In this document: positions 1-10,014 of the stretch, piece after piece
Layout: the number at the start of each line of letters is the position of its first letter
Numbering within the stretch: position 1 is the first letter of the stretch
Source of the DNA: Patescibacteria group bacterium
GTDB taxonomy: Bacteria; Patescibacteriota; Microgenomatia; UBA1400; Chisholmbacteraceae
Length of the DNA stretch: 64,000 bases
NCBI GenBank assembly: GCA_022564195.1
Contig: JADFLW010000003.1
Span: 12,747 to 76,746 of the forward strand
Direction: 5' to 3'
The notes under the pieces: model-generated
What the model saw: the letters and a program-made list of their open reading frames with translations, nothing else
Told to the model about the DNA's origin: nothing
Database searches by the model: none
Made by a program: the position numbers and the translations under genes

Positions 1-1
1 T

Positions 2-265
2 GCCATCTTCTACCATCGCAGTCCCGATAGCCTATCTGAGGCATTCAGGCAGGCGAAATGGATGGCACAGCGTCCATACAAGCTGGGGATACTAGGTCGC
101 GGGATTACCATGGCACGAACCTCACTACCGATTTCACTGATTGTCGGCGTTGTGAAAGCCGCTCGATACAAAACGCCATCGTTTATCCTTTTCAAAATCG
201 TCGTTGATTTCGCGTCTTTCTTGGGGATCACACGCATGTTCGTTGGGAGACAACGGGTAAAATAA
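2..265 (+). CDS. 3' end of an upstream gene (hypothetical), partial at window start
   Basis: Open reading frame with no stop from position 2 to TAA at 263-265. No recognisable motifs. Confidence 0.25.
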   Translation, partial: AIFYHRSPDSLSEAFRQAKWMAQRPYKLGILGRGITMARTSLPISLIVGVVKAARYKTPSFILFKIVVDFASFLGITRMFVGRQRVK

Positions 266-276
266 TAGACACCACT

Positions 277-1668
277 GTGATGAAGAAAGTAAAGATCAAC
301 ACTATTGGAGCCATCGTTGTCCTGGCGCTGATTCTGCGGCTTATCGCAATCAATCAATCGCTTTGGCTTGATGAGGCAATCAACCTGATCGCTGCCCGCG
401 ACCTGAGTCTGACAGGCTTGCTGTTTACCTACATGATTGGTGATTTTCATCCTCCGCTATTCCACACCATGCTCTGGGGCTGGTTCAAAATTTTTCCTGC
501 AGGTGAAGTATCAGCAAGAATACCGTCAGTGATCTTTGGTGCTGCAACGGTTGTTGTAACATACAACATTGCAAAGTTAGTGACGAAAGGGGAAAAGTAT
601 CAGTCACATATTTCCCGGCTCTCCGCGTTCCTTCTTGCAACATCGGGCCTCCATATCTACTATTCGCAAGAGGCACGGATGTATGCGCTTGCTGCTTTCT
701 TTACAACCCTCACATTCTTTGCTCTCCTTCAACTCAAAGAGGAACCCTCACCACAAAACAAGGCATTGTTTACAGGATCGTTGGTATTGATGCTTCTGTC
801 TGACTATCAACCCTGGTTGCTCCTTCCACTTTTCTTTGTGCTACGCCCGGGCCTCACCGCATTTGCGACACTCATGACACTCCCGTGGTGGCCAATGCTT
901 TCCCGTCAGATTGAGAGAGGATTAGAAACAACCCAAGCCTTCCCTGCTTGGGAGACAGTGGTGGGGACACTTTCAATAAAGTCGGCGCTACTTGTCCCAG
1001 TGAAATTCATGGTCGGTCGAACCTCAATAGACAACAACCTGATCTTCGCTTTGGCTCTGTTGATACCAGTCAGCGTCGTACTGATAAGCATCTTTAAGGC
1101 CTTTCAAAAAAGAAAATGGTATCGACGCGTACTACAGGGCTGGCTTGCTGTTCCGTTTGTTGTTGCGGCAATAGTCTCACTCAAGATCCCAGTATTTTCC
1201 TACTTCCGATTTCTGTTTGTGCTCCCTGTATTTTATTTGTTGATAGCGCTCGGAGTGACACGCTTGTCTGTGAGATACCAGAAGCTTGCAGTCGCTGTGT
1301 TACTTGTGACCAACATTATTTCTGCTGGAGCCTATCTTTTTCTTCCACGGTTCCATAGGGAAGATTGGAGGGGAATGGTTAACTACGTGCAACAACTCGA
1401 TCCAGCTGGTACCTTGGTTGTGTTTCCCAGTCTTGCACAATCAGCAGCATTTGACTATTACAACACCAACCAACTACGAACTCAAGACAAAAAAACCCTG
1501 GATCTTCATGAAAACGCGGGGACAGTGTTTCTTGTAAGATATGTTAGCGAAATCTTTGATCCCGAGAATCAGTTGGTTGAGGCACTACAACGCAATGGGT
1601 TCGAGAAAGTCAGCGAAGTTGCATTCAGGGGTATTCTCATCTGGCAGTATAAACGAGTTGATCTATGA
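277..1668 (+). CDS. GT-C family membrane glycosyltransferase (ArnT/PMT-like, GT39/GT83-type)
   Basis: 463 aa with many TM helices and an N-terminal 'DFHPPLFH' loop motif typical of ArnT/PMT-type GT-C enzymes. Has a C-terminal soluble domain. The stop overlaps the next start (ATGA). Confidence 0.6.
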   Translation: MMKKVKINTIGAIVVLALILRLIAINQSLWLDEAINLIAARDLSLTGLLFTYMIGDFHPPLFHTMLWGWFKIFPAGEVSARIPSVIFGAATVVVTYNIAKLVTKGEKYQSHISRLSAFLLATSGLHIYYSQEARMYALAAFFTTLTFFALLQLKEEPSPQNKALFTGSLVLMLLSDYQPWLLLPLFFVLRPGLTAFATLMTLPWWPMLSRQIERGLETTQAFPAWETVVGTLSIKSALLVPVKFMVGRTSIDNNLIFALALLIPVSVVLISIFKAFQKRKWYRRVLQGWLAVPFVVAAIVSLKIPVFSYFRFLFVLPVFYLLIALGVTRLSVRYQKLAVAVLLVTNIISAGAYLFLPRFHREDWRGMVNYVQQLDPAGTLVVFPSLAQSAAFDYYNTNQLRTQDKKTLDLHENAGTVFLVRYVSEIFDPENQLVEALQRNGFEKVSEVAFRGILIWQYKRVDL

Positions 1669-2795
1669 GAATCGCAATCGACGTGACCGGAAGCATCTAC
1701 AAAGGCACCGGTGTGGCAACATACTACACCAGTCTTATTCCGAAACTGCTCGAGATCGGTGGTGATCACGAATTCATATTGTTTGGATACTCCCTGCGAC
1801 GCTTCGGCGATCTTACTCTTGCACAACGCAAGTTCCTTTTTCCGCCTAGACTTGCAGAGCTCGTTTGGAACAAACTGCATGTCTTCCCGATAGAAAAGCT
1901 GATTGGCAAATGCGACATTCTCCACGCATGGGACTACATCCAGCCACCGACAGAGAAGGCAAAGCTGGTAACGACCATTCACGACCTCACACCACTGAAA
2001 TTCCCAAAACATCAGCATCCAAGGACGCTCTCCGCATACAAGTCGGGGTTGCATTGGGTAGAAAAGCAAGCCGCAGCGGTCATTGCTGATTCCTACTCCA
2101 CGAAGGAAGACATCGTAAATCTTCTCAAGATTCCCGAGAAAAAGGTTCATGTCGTTTATCTTGCGGCACCCCAAGAGTTTCACGCATTTAGAGGTCAACA
2201 TGAGAATACACAAGACGTGAGCGTAGATCAGGTGAAAAGAAAATACGGGATTGAAGGCGAGTACATCTTGTCCGTTGGGACGCAGGAACCACGCAAGAAT
2301 CTTAATCGCACGATCAAAGCCTATGAGGCGCTGAAGATGGACAAATCACTGGCTATCGTGGGTCAGTTTGGATGGGGAAAAAAGATTAGACCCGTGAAGG
2401 GCGTAAAGATCTTAGGATTCGTTCCAACTGAGGACTTGCCGGCGCTCTACGCAGGGGCCTCGTGTTTTGTCTATCCCTCGTTGTATGAAGGCTTTGGTTT
2501 ACCGGTATTGGAGGCGATGGCCGTCGGCTGTCCGGTTGTGACCTCCGATCGGGGGAGCTTAAGAGAAATAGCGGGCGAAGCCGCAGTTGAGGTGAACCCT
2601 GAATCCATAGAAGCCATTGCCTTCGGTATCAGGGTGGCGCTGGAGAGGGGAGAAGAGTTGAGGGAGAAAGGCATAGCCCAGGCCCAGAAGTACACATGGG
2701 AAGCCACTGCCAGGAAAACGCTGGAAGTCTATGAGAAAATAGGCCGCAGAAAAGTTGAAAGGAAGATAAGAAAAAACGGTAATGAAAAAAGCTGA
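1665..2795 (+). CDS. glycosyltransferase family 4 (GT-B fold)
   Basis: Carries the 'EGFGLPVLEAMAVGCPVVTSDRGSLREIAG' GT4 signature (E-x7-E). Confidence 0.8.
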   Translation: MRIAIDVTGSIYKGTGVATYYTSLIPKLLEIGGDHEFILFGYSLRRFGDLTLAQRKFLFPPRLAELVWNKLHVFPIEKLIGKCDILHAWDYIQPPTEKAKLVTTIHDLTPLKFPKHQHPRTLSAYKSGLHWVEKQAAAVIADSYSTKEDIVNLLKIPEKKVHVVYLAAPQEFHAFRGQHENTQDVSVDQVKRKYGIEGEYILSVGTQEPRKNLNRTIKAYEALKMDKSLAIVGQFGWGKKIRPVKGVKILGFVPTEDLPALYAGASCFVYPSLYEGFGLPVLEAMAVGCPVVTSDRGSLREIAGEAAVEVNPESIEAIAFGIRVALERGEELREKGIAQAQKYTWEATARKTLEVYEKIGRRKVERKIRKNGNEKS

Positions 2796-3098
2796 AACCA
2801 AACAACTCGAAGATATCCTCTATGTTGCCCAACTTGCCGCGATGGAAGCAGGCGATTATGCCCTGGAACATTTTATGAGGGTGCATGTCTTAAAAGAAAA
2901 ACCGATGTCAATAGATGAGGTGACCTCATGGCACGTCGCTTCGATCACCCAGCCGGAGCGCTTTTCATCAAGGAAGTAGGAGGGAAAGTTTCAGATACAG
3001 AAGGAAGACCCATCGATTGGAGAGAAACGAAACCGGTCCACATCGTTGCCAGTAACGGCACAATTCACAAGCGATTTTTACAAGTTCTCAAGGAGTAG
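2782..3098 (+). pseudogene. inositol monophosphatase (SuhB/IMPase family) remnant with internal deletion and frameshift
   Basis: An N-terminal fragment (frame 1, about 48 aa, 'ILYVAQLAAMEAGDYALEHF...DEVT') and a C-terminal fragment (frame 3, 2928-3098, 'GALFIKEVGGKVSDTEGRPIDW...IVASNGTIHKRFLQVL') both look like IMPase. Only about 105 of the expected ~260 aa are present. Confidence 0.45.
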
Positions 3099-3291
3099 GA
3101 ATCGAGAAAGTTCTTCTTCTTCGAACAGCGGCCGCAGTGCTGAGAAGAAGAGAATCAAGGTAGGAAGACAAGGTTCAATAAAGCAGTTTCGAAATGGAAG
3201 ATATTCCAAGAATATACATTGTAGGTAACACGAGAAGAAGGTAGCGAGGGAAGACAACGTGGGTAGATTGAAAAAGAAGATAGATGAGAAT

Positions 3292-4274
3292 TCATCCGAG
3301 AAGAATCTGTGGAGGCTTCAAAGGCAATCTTCGGAATTCTTTTTTCACCAGCAGAGAAAAAGTAGCCAAAATGGCGAGCGGCCAAGCGATCCAATACTCG
3401 GCAACTGGCTGAATCGGGGGTGTTGCGAACCAGGTCCGCCATTTTCCTAAGAAAAGAATCCTCCATATCTCAAACCAGGGATATTCCGGTAAGTACGATC
3501 GATAAAGCCTGGCGATCTTGATATGAAGCGACAAAAAATCCAAAGGAGAGTGAAAAAGAAAAAAGACTGCATAGGAAAGAAGATAGACAGAGAAACTCGA
3601 AGCCGCTACCGAAAAGAGTGCATGTCGCAACTGAGGCACGCGTTTAAGTACCAAGACCACAAGGACAAAAGCCAGAAGCAGCAATCCAGTGAACACAACT
3701 TTAGTTGCCATTGCCAACCCCACGGCAGCGCCAAGAAGCAAGAGGCGTTTTCTTGAGAAGCGTGACCGAGTAAGTAAGGAAAGAGCAAGAAGCACGAACA
3801 CAAGCTGAGGAAGATCCAGATTTACGCTCGTGCTTCGCTCAAGAAACAGTGGATCGAAGACCAAAACAAGTGAGGGAAGAAGATTCAATGGAGTTGAGAC
3901 TGCAACGCGCCGAGCAAGAAGATAAGTGAGGAATACAACCACAAGACTTGCCACAAACTGCACAATCAGAATGTTGCCGAAGGCCAAGATCGAAACTCCA
4001 AAAAGGTATTTGACTAATGGAGGATCTTCGAAGTTAACGACAGAGGGATCTTTTCCGCGAATGTACTCTAAAGCCGCGAATGTCCGAAGGTCTTCGTCGC
4101 TCATGTTGCCGAAGAACTCGTATCCTTGCCCCAAGTTGTATTGTGAATGCAGCCAGATTTGGCGAAGCCGCTCATTGTCGGTGATTTGCATAGGGACATT
4201 TGAGAACGAAAAGACAAGCTTCACGGCAATGACCAATGTAAGAACAAGAGTTGCGACATGCGCTTTTTTCATCG
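3292..4274 (-). CDS. polytopic membrane protein, possible GT-C-like glycosyltransferase
   Basis: Multi-TM N-terminal half with a soluble C-terminus. Start chosen at the internal 'MKKAHVATLVL' (complement 4272-4274), because the longer ORF would run into the divergent neighbour gene. It is the only - strand gene in the glycan cluster. Confidence 0.4.
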
Positions 4275-4340
4275 GCAAGATAGAGTATACACAAGCCCCA
4301 CAATATCCCTGCCACACTCCGTGGTGATATACTTTAAAGG

Positions 4341-5453
4341 ATGCATCTTGGAATAGACGGCAACGAGGCAAACATCAAACGTCGAGTTGGAAGCAATATC
4401 TACGCCTACGAGCTGCTTTCGTGGTTTCAAAAGTTGGACAAAAAGAGCAATTTCACCATCTATTTGAAGTCACAACCTCTAGATGATCTGCCTAAACCTC
4501 AAGAGAATTGGCAGTACCGTGTTATAAAACCCACTACACTCTGGACGCGCTGGCGATTGCCGCTGGATCTTTACTTGCATCGACCAAAACCCAATGTCTT
4601 TTTCACACCCGGACATTATGCTCCAAAATTCTGCCCAGCACCATTTGCGATTGCTATTATGGATCTCTCTTTCATCCATTTTCCAGAAATGTTTCGTAAG
4701 CAAGACCTCTATAAACTCACCAACTGGTCACGTGATTCAATCCTCCGTGCCGATCACATTTTCACGATCTCGAATTTTAGCAAGGATGATATAATCAAGA
4801 ACTATTCTGTTCCAGAGGAGAAAGTAACGGTAACCTACCCGGGGTTCGATCAAGAAAGATTCGGTAGGAGGATAAGCCCTCAAGAGATCGAGAGGATAAA
4901 AAAAAGGTACAATATCGTTGGGGATTACCTACTCTATGTTGGTACACTACAACCCAGGAAGAACTTGACAAGATTAATCCGAGCCTTCGCTCAGATAAAA
5001 GGTACACATCACAGTCTCGTCATCGCTGGAAAGAAAGGTTGGCTCTATTCGAAAATCCTTGATGAAGGAAAACAACTCGGGGTAGAAGACAGGGTGCGCT
5101 TTATCGGATACGTCACTAACAAGGATGCGCCGGCACTCATGAGTGGCGCAGAAGCTCTGGTCTTGGTGAGCCTCTATGAAGGATTCGGTATTCCGGTTCT
5201 AGAAGCCATGGCACTAGGAATCCCGACGGTCATCTCAGGCACCTCAAGCTTGCCAGAGATAGCAGGGGAAGTAGGAATAATGGTAGATCCCAAAGATGTG
5301 AAAAGCATAACCAGAGGTCTTGATCAGGCAATTCAATTAAATGAATTCCAGAGAAAAGAGAACGCCGTGAAAAGTAAAGTACAAGCAAAGAAGTTTACTT
5401 GGAAGCAAGCAGCCGAGAAAACACTGGAGGTGCTCTATGAGCTCGCCGTTTAA
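4341..5453 (+). CDS. glycosyltransferase family 4
   Basis: 'EGFGIPVLEAMALGIPTVISGTSSLPEIAG' motif. AAAGGA SD-like sequence upstream. Confidence 0.8.
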   Translation: MHLGIDGNEANIKRRVGSNIYAYELLSWFQKLDKKSNFTIYLKSQPLDDLPKPQENWQYRVIKPTTLWTRWRLPLDLYLHRPKPNVFFTPGHYAPKFCPAPFAIAIMDLSFIHFPEMFRKQDLYKLTNWSRDSILRADHIFTISNFSKDDIIKNYSVPEEKVTVTYPGFDQERFGRRISPQEIERIKKRYNIVGDYLLYVGTLQPRKNLTRLIRAFAQIKGTHHSLVIAGKKGWLYSKILDEGKQLGVEDRVRFIGYVTNKDAPALMSGAEALVLVSLYEGFGIPVLEAMALGIPTVISGTSSLPEIAGEVGIMVDPKDVKSITRGLDQAIQLNEFQRKENAVKSKVQAKKFTWKQAAEKTLEVLYELAV

Positions 5454-6042
5454 AGATAGAATGGGGAACCAATTGACTTGGAAGGAGGCAATCCCGAAAA
5501 TTGGATTTCGTTTCCAAAGTTACTATCTTGAATTCTTGACAGCACTTCTTTGGTGGTTGGGCTTCCTGCCATCTCACACGGTAAGAAAACTCCTTTTGAA
5601 AGCCGCTGGCATGAAAATCGGGAAGAAATCCTATATCCATATTGGCTTGAGGACTTATGACCCGAGAAATATCACGATTGGTGAGGGGACTATCGTTGGC
5701 GATTACGCTACCCTAGATGGAAGGGACATGTTAGAAATTGGGAATCATGTTGATATTGCATCAGGAGTCATGATCTTCAATGGAAGCCGCGATATCCACA
5801 CAGAAGACTTTACGCTCGTTTTAAAACCAGTCAAGATCGGAAATTATGTATTCATTGGACCAAGAGCAATTATTCTCCCGGGCGTGACAGTCGGGGATGG
5901 TGCAGTCATCGGGGCTGGAGCGGTAGTAACAAAAGATGTCTCGCCAAAAACATTAGTAGGCGGTGTCCCCGCCAAAAAGATTCGAGATCGAGACGTGAAG
6001 GAATTGAAATACCGCTTGGGAAGGGCCAGACTATTTTTCTGA
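5437..6042 (+). CDS. hexapeptide-repeat (LbH) sugar O-acyltransferase, WcaF/NeuD-like
   Basis: Repeated [LIV]G-x4 hexapeptides ('IGNHVDIASGVMIF...IGPRAIILPGVTVGDGAVIGAGAVV'). Has an N-terminal TM segment. Confidence 0.65.
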   Translation: MSSPFKDRMGNQLTWKEAIPKIGFRFQSYYLEFLTALLWWLGFLPSHTVRKLLLKAAGMKIGKKSYIHIGLRTYDPRNITIGEGTIVGDYATLDGRDMLEIGNHVDIASGVMIFNGSRDIHTEDFTLVLKPVKIGNYVFIGPRAIILPGVTVGDGAVIGAGAVVTKDVSPKTLVGGVPAKKIRDRDVKELKYRLGRARLFF

Positions 6043-6117
6043 TATGAACCGATATCCATAGCCGTATTCTTATTCCTCTTCAAACTTGATGCCACCTACG
6101 GAGCGTAAGTTTTAGCC

Positions 6118-7005
6118 ATGCAACTTACCATAATTATCGTAAGCTTCAACACCAAGGATCTCCTTAGAAAGGCAGTGAAGTCAATACCCACAAAGCCCGA
6201 TTGGGAAGTGATCGTCGTTGACAACGCCTCAACCGATGGATCCGTTGAGATGCTCAAAGAGGAATTTCCTGGTGTAAAGCTCATCACAAACAGCGAAAAT
6301 CTAGGATTTGCCAAAGCAAACAACCAGGGGATCAAAACGTCCTCTGGGAAATTTGTTCTACTGCTGAACTCAGATACCCAAGTGAAAAAGGATGCATTAG
6401 AGCAGCTGGTTGAGTTTATGCAAAAAAATCCGCAAGTTGGCATCGCAAGCGGGCAACTGTTAAATCCCGACGGATCCATACAACCGCAAGGAGGTTATCT
6501 CCCACACCTTTCCAATATAGCCTTCTGGATGCTGTTTATCGATGACATCCCCGCGATTGGTAAGTATCTTTGGCCATATCACATCACCGATCGTAAAAAA
6601 TTCACAACAGAGCGCCGAATTGGGTGGGTCGGGGGAACAGCAATGATGATAAAAAGGGTAGTCTTGGAAAAAGTTGGGCTACTTGACGAGGAAATTTTCA
6701 TGTACGCCGAAGATGTTGAGTTCTGTTTAAGAGCGCAGGAAGCAGGTTTCCTCGTTGCGATCTCCCCTTTGTCAAAAATCATCCACTACGGGCAGCAAAG
6801 CAGTGGCGGAGCTCCTTCTGCTGCGTGGCTGGGGGAGTACAAGGGGATAAAATACATTTTCAAAAAACACAAACCTAGCTGGGAATATCCCATCGTGAGA
6901 TTGTTGTTGAAACTCGGAGCACTACTGAGGATGGGCATCTTTGGTATACTTCAAGGCAGAAAGGACGCGTATGAAGCGTATAAAAAAGCTCTTCAGTTGG
7001 CTTGA
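6118..7005 (+). CDS. glycosyltransferase family 2
   Basis: 'IIIVSFNTKDLL...VIVVDNASTDGS' GT2 N-terminal signature with DxD-type motifs. Confidence 0.75.
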   Translation: MQLTIIIVSFNTKDLLRKAVKSIPTKPDWEVIVVDNASTDGSVEMLKEEFPGVKLITNSENLGFAKANNQGIKTSSGKFVLLLNSDTQVKKDALEQLVEFMQKNPQVGIASGQLLNPDGSIQPQGGYLPHLSNIAFWMLFIDDIPAIGKYLWPYHITDRKKFTTERRIGWVGGTAMMIKRVVLEKVGLLDEEIFMYAEDVEFCLRAQEAGFLVAISPLSKIIHYGQQSSGGAPSAAWLGEYKGIKYIFKKHKPSWEYPIVRLLLKLGALLRMGIFGILQGRKDAYEAYKKALQLA

Positions 7006-8569
7006 CAAGCACATCCTTGAACTACTTTCAGGCCTCCTTTTAGTGTTCATCCCCCTTTATCCGAAATGGCCACTGCTGGATGTGCTCCCAGGCTACATCG
7101 TTCGTCTGCGCCTGGAGGATTTCCTCATTGCCGGCGTCCTCGCCGTGTTTTTAGTTCAGTTATTGCGGAAAAAAGTAAGCGTAAGAGAAAATCCGCTGGC
7201 ACTGCCGATTCTTCTCTATTTAGGAATCGGACTGCTTTCTTCGATTTCAGCGCTTTTCATAACAAAAACTGTTCCCCTGGAAAGAATCCACGTTGCAAAA
7301 TTGTTTCTCCATTGGGCGAGACGAGTCGAGTACATGTCTCTTGCTTTCGTTTTCTTCTCAGCTTTGAAAACGACTCGACAAGTAAGACGGATGGTTACCA
7401 TTCTGGCTCTGGTGATGGTGACAATCACGCTCTACGGGTTTGGGCAGAAGTACTTCCAGTGGCCGGTGTACTCGACAATGAACAGAGAATTTGCCAAAGG
7501 ATGGCGGTTGGTCCTCACTGAAAATGCCAGAGTCCCCTCAACATTCGCAGGCCACTACGACTTTGCAGCCTACAACGTAATCATTCTTGCAGTGCTGGCA
7601 GGCTTGATGTTTCACGGCTCCAAAGCCAGAGTCTCCAAAATAATTATCATCGTCTTCATCGCCGGTTTTGCATCTCTGCTTCTTACCGCCTCAAGGACAT
7701 CATTCATAGCATACTTGGTTGCAGTGAGTGTCGTGATTTTCGCGTTATCATTTCGATACAGCCTAAAGTGGGCAGCAACGCGGTGGGTAGGATTTGTGGC
7801 CCTCAGTCTCATTGGCATGTTGTTCTTCGGAGACCTCTCTCAAAGATTCGAGCATTTTCTCAAACTTGGTCGGATAAAAGACTACATCGCTTTCGAAATA
7901 TTGAATCTGAAGAGTCAAGAACAAGAAAAGGTTAGTCAAACGCAAGTATCTCAAGATTTGGCGCTGGTGTACACAGAAACGGACCAACCTCCAATCCCAG
8001 CAGAGCCAGTTGAGCTCCCGCCTGGGGTGTTTGAGTATATTCCGGAGGCCTTTCCTGAAGCAACCCTCTCAGCGGATGCAGGTCCAGAGGTTGCCACGCT
8101 TGTCGGAAAACCAAGAACCTATTCACCAGCTGCGTTTACCTTCGGATTATCATCAGCAATCCGATTCGATGCGCTCTGGCCCAGGGCATGGAAAGGATTC
8201 TTGAGGAATCCACTGCTCGGAACAGGATATTCAACACTGACCAAGACGCAGCTGACGGAGTTCACCGAAGCAGAGTCGACAGATAACGACTTCTTGCGAG
8301 CCTTAGGCGAAACTGGGATTTTAGGGTTCATGAGCTTCTTTGGAATCTTAGGGTTCGCGCTCGTGACACTCTGGAAAAAGAGAAAGGCAATAGAGGACCC
8401 GTTCTTGTTTGCGCTGACAACAGGAATCGGAGGAGCAATCGTCGGCATGCTCGTCAATGGCCTGTATATAGACGTATTCGAAGCCTCAAAAGTCGCATAC
8501 ACGTTTTGGGCGATGATGGGAATATTATTTGCCTCAATCAGAATAGCAACGAAAAAATCAGTAAAATGA
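6941..8569 (+). CDS. O-antigen ligase/Wzy-like polymerase family membrane protein
   Basis: About 10 TM helices. The 'LLTASRTSFIAYLV' region resembles the Wzy_C/O-antigen-ligase domain, and there is a large periplasmic loop. An alternative start lies at 6971. Confidence 0.5.
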   Translation: MVYFKAERTRMKRIKKLFSWLDKHILELLSGLLLVFIPLYPKWPLLDVLPGYIVRLRLEDFLIAGVLAVFLVQLLRKKVSVRENPLALPILLYLGIGLLSSISALFITKTVPLERIHVAKLFLHWARRVEYMSLAFVFFSALKTTRQVRRMVTILALVMVTITLYGFGQKYFQWPVYSTMNREFAKGWRLVLTENARVPSTFAGHYDFAAYNVIILAVLAGLMFHGSKARVSKIIIIVFIAGFASLLLTASRTSFIAYLVAVSVVIFALSFRYSLKWAATRWVGFVALSLIGMLFFGDLSQRFEHFLKLGRIKDYIAFEILNLKSQEQEKVSQTQVSQDLALVYTETDQPPIPAEPVELPPGVFEYIPEAFPEATLSADAGPEVATLVGKPRTYSPAAFTFGLSSAIRFDALWPRAWKGFLRNPLLGTGYSTLTKTQLTEFTEAESTDNDFLRALGETGILGFMSFFGILGFALVTLWKKRKAIEDPFLFALTTGIGGAIVGMLVNGLYIDVFEASKVAYTFWAMMGILFASIRIATKKSVK

Positions 8570-10014
8570 ATACAGAAATTGTCCAAAATAAAAAAGAGTA
8601 TTTCTTAATCTCAATAATATTGGTTTTTGCCGTAATAACAAGACTTTATAGAATAAATTCCCCGCTCGCTGACTGGCACTCATGGAGGCAAGCCGATACT
8701 TCAGCGGTAACAAGAAGATTCGTAAATGAAGGCATAGACGTACTTCATCCACGCTATGACGATCTCTCAAATATCCCTTCTGGTAGGGACAATCCGAATG
8801 GATGGCGATTTGTCGAGTTTCCGTTTGTCAATGCCGGGACAGCTGTGCTGTACAAAGCACTTCCGGTAATTTCTCTCGAAGTTTGGGGCAGACTGCACTC
8901 AATTATGTTCTCGCTTGGGGCCGTCGTGCTGATCTTTCTTATTGTCAGAGACTTGGTAAGCGCACGCATTGGCTTGTTTGCAAGCGCGGTGTTTGCCCTT
9001 TTACCCTTTAACATCTACTTCCACCGGACAATCTTACCGGAAGTACCAATGGTGTTCTTTTCGCTTGCAGCTGTGTACTTTTTTCATCGTTGGTTGGAAA
9101 CCAAAAAATCCCGTGATTTCGCCCTTTCTGTCGCAGCTTCTGCCTTAGGGGTGCTGCTCAAACCATACGTGCTGTTTTTAGGATTGCCGATGCTGTATCT
9201 CACATACAGAAAGTGGGGAAGAGCAGCAGCAAAACAAAAATCGCTCTATCTTTACCTAGTACTTACGTTGATGCCTTTTGTGCTTTGGCGTCTTTGGGCA
9301 GCAAGATTCCCGGAAGGAATTCCCGCCTATACATGGCTGTTGAATGGAACGGGGATACGATTCAGACCCGCTTTTTTTCGCTGGATTTTTGCCGAACGAT
9401 TCGGAAAGCTCATTTTAGGATACTGGGGGCTGATTCCTTTCGGCATCGGTCTCATTCGCAAGCCTCGAGAAAAATGGGGCTGGTTTTTCCATTGGTGGCT
9501 GGTCGCAATGCTCCTCTATCTCGTGGTCTTTGCAACGGGCAACGTCACCCACGATTACTACCAAATCTTCATCACCCCGATCATCGCAATCTTCGTCGCC
9601 CTCGGCATAGACGGTTTACTCAGGATGCCCCGGAAAGTGTTCAGCCGTGGGCTCACGCTTGCACTGCTCCTCGTTTCTCTGGGATTCGGGCTCGGATTCT
9701 CATGGTTTCACATCCGTGATTTTTTTAACATCAATCACCCAGAAATTGTTTCCGCAGGCGAAGCAGCCAATAAAATACTTCCCGAGAACGCAATAGTGAT
9801 AGCACCCTATCAAGGAGATACCGCATTCTTATACCAGATCAATAGACCTGGCTGGCCAATCGGAGGTGATATAAAAAGGAAAATTGAGCTCGGGGCAACC
9901 GACTACGTCACCGTGAATTTCGACGAAGAGGCGAATTTTCTTTTGGAGCGTTGTAAGCCTGCACTACAACTCGAGCAGTTTGCCATCGTAAGTCTTCTAC
10001 ACTGCTCGCTATGA
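8566..10014 (+). CDS. GT-C family membrane glycosyltransferase (PMT_2/ArnT-like)
   Basis: 'HSWRQADT' loop motif after TM1, many TM helices. Start placed at 'MNTEIV', giving an ATGA overlap with the upstream stop. Confidence 0.55.
   Translation: MNTEIVQNKKEYFLISIILVFAVITRLYRINSPLADWHSWRQADTSAVTRRFVNEGIDVLHPRYDDLSNIPSGRDNPNGWRFVEFPFVNAGTAVLYKALPVISLEVWGRLHSIMFSLGAVVLIFLIVRDLVSARIGLFASAVFALLPFNIYFHRTILPEVPMVFFSLAAVYFFHRWLETKKSRDFALSVAASALGVLLKPYVLFLGLPMLYLTYRKWGRAAAKQKSLYLYLVLTLMPFVLWRLWAARFPEGIPAYTWLLNGTGIRFRPAFFRWIFAERFGKLILGYWGLIPFGIGLIRKPREKWGWFFHWWLVAMLLYLVVFATGNVTHDYYQIFITPIIAIFVALGIDGLLRMPRKVFSRGLTLALLLVSLGFGLGFSWFHIRDFFNINHPEIVSAGEAANKILPENAIVIAPYQGDTAFLYQINRPGWPIGGDIKRKIELGATDYVTVNFDEEANFLLERCKPALQLEQFAIVSLLHCSL

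Noticed and set aside
10-450. 146-aa ORF on the minus strand at the window start
   Set aside because: Lies antisense within the well-supported GT-C gene (277-1668). No motifs. Likely a shadow ORF.
3046-3466. Short ORFs (60-103 aa) between the IMPase remnant and the minus-strand GT-C gene
   Set aside because: They overlap the pseudogene fragments or the 3' end of the minus-strand gene. Low complexity, no SD.
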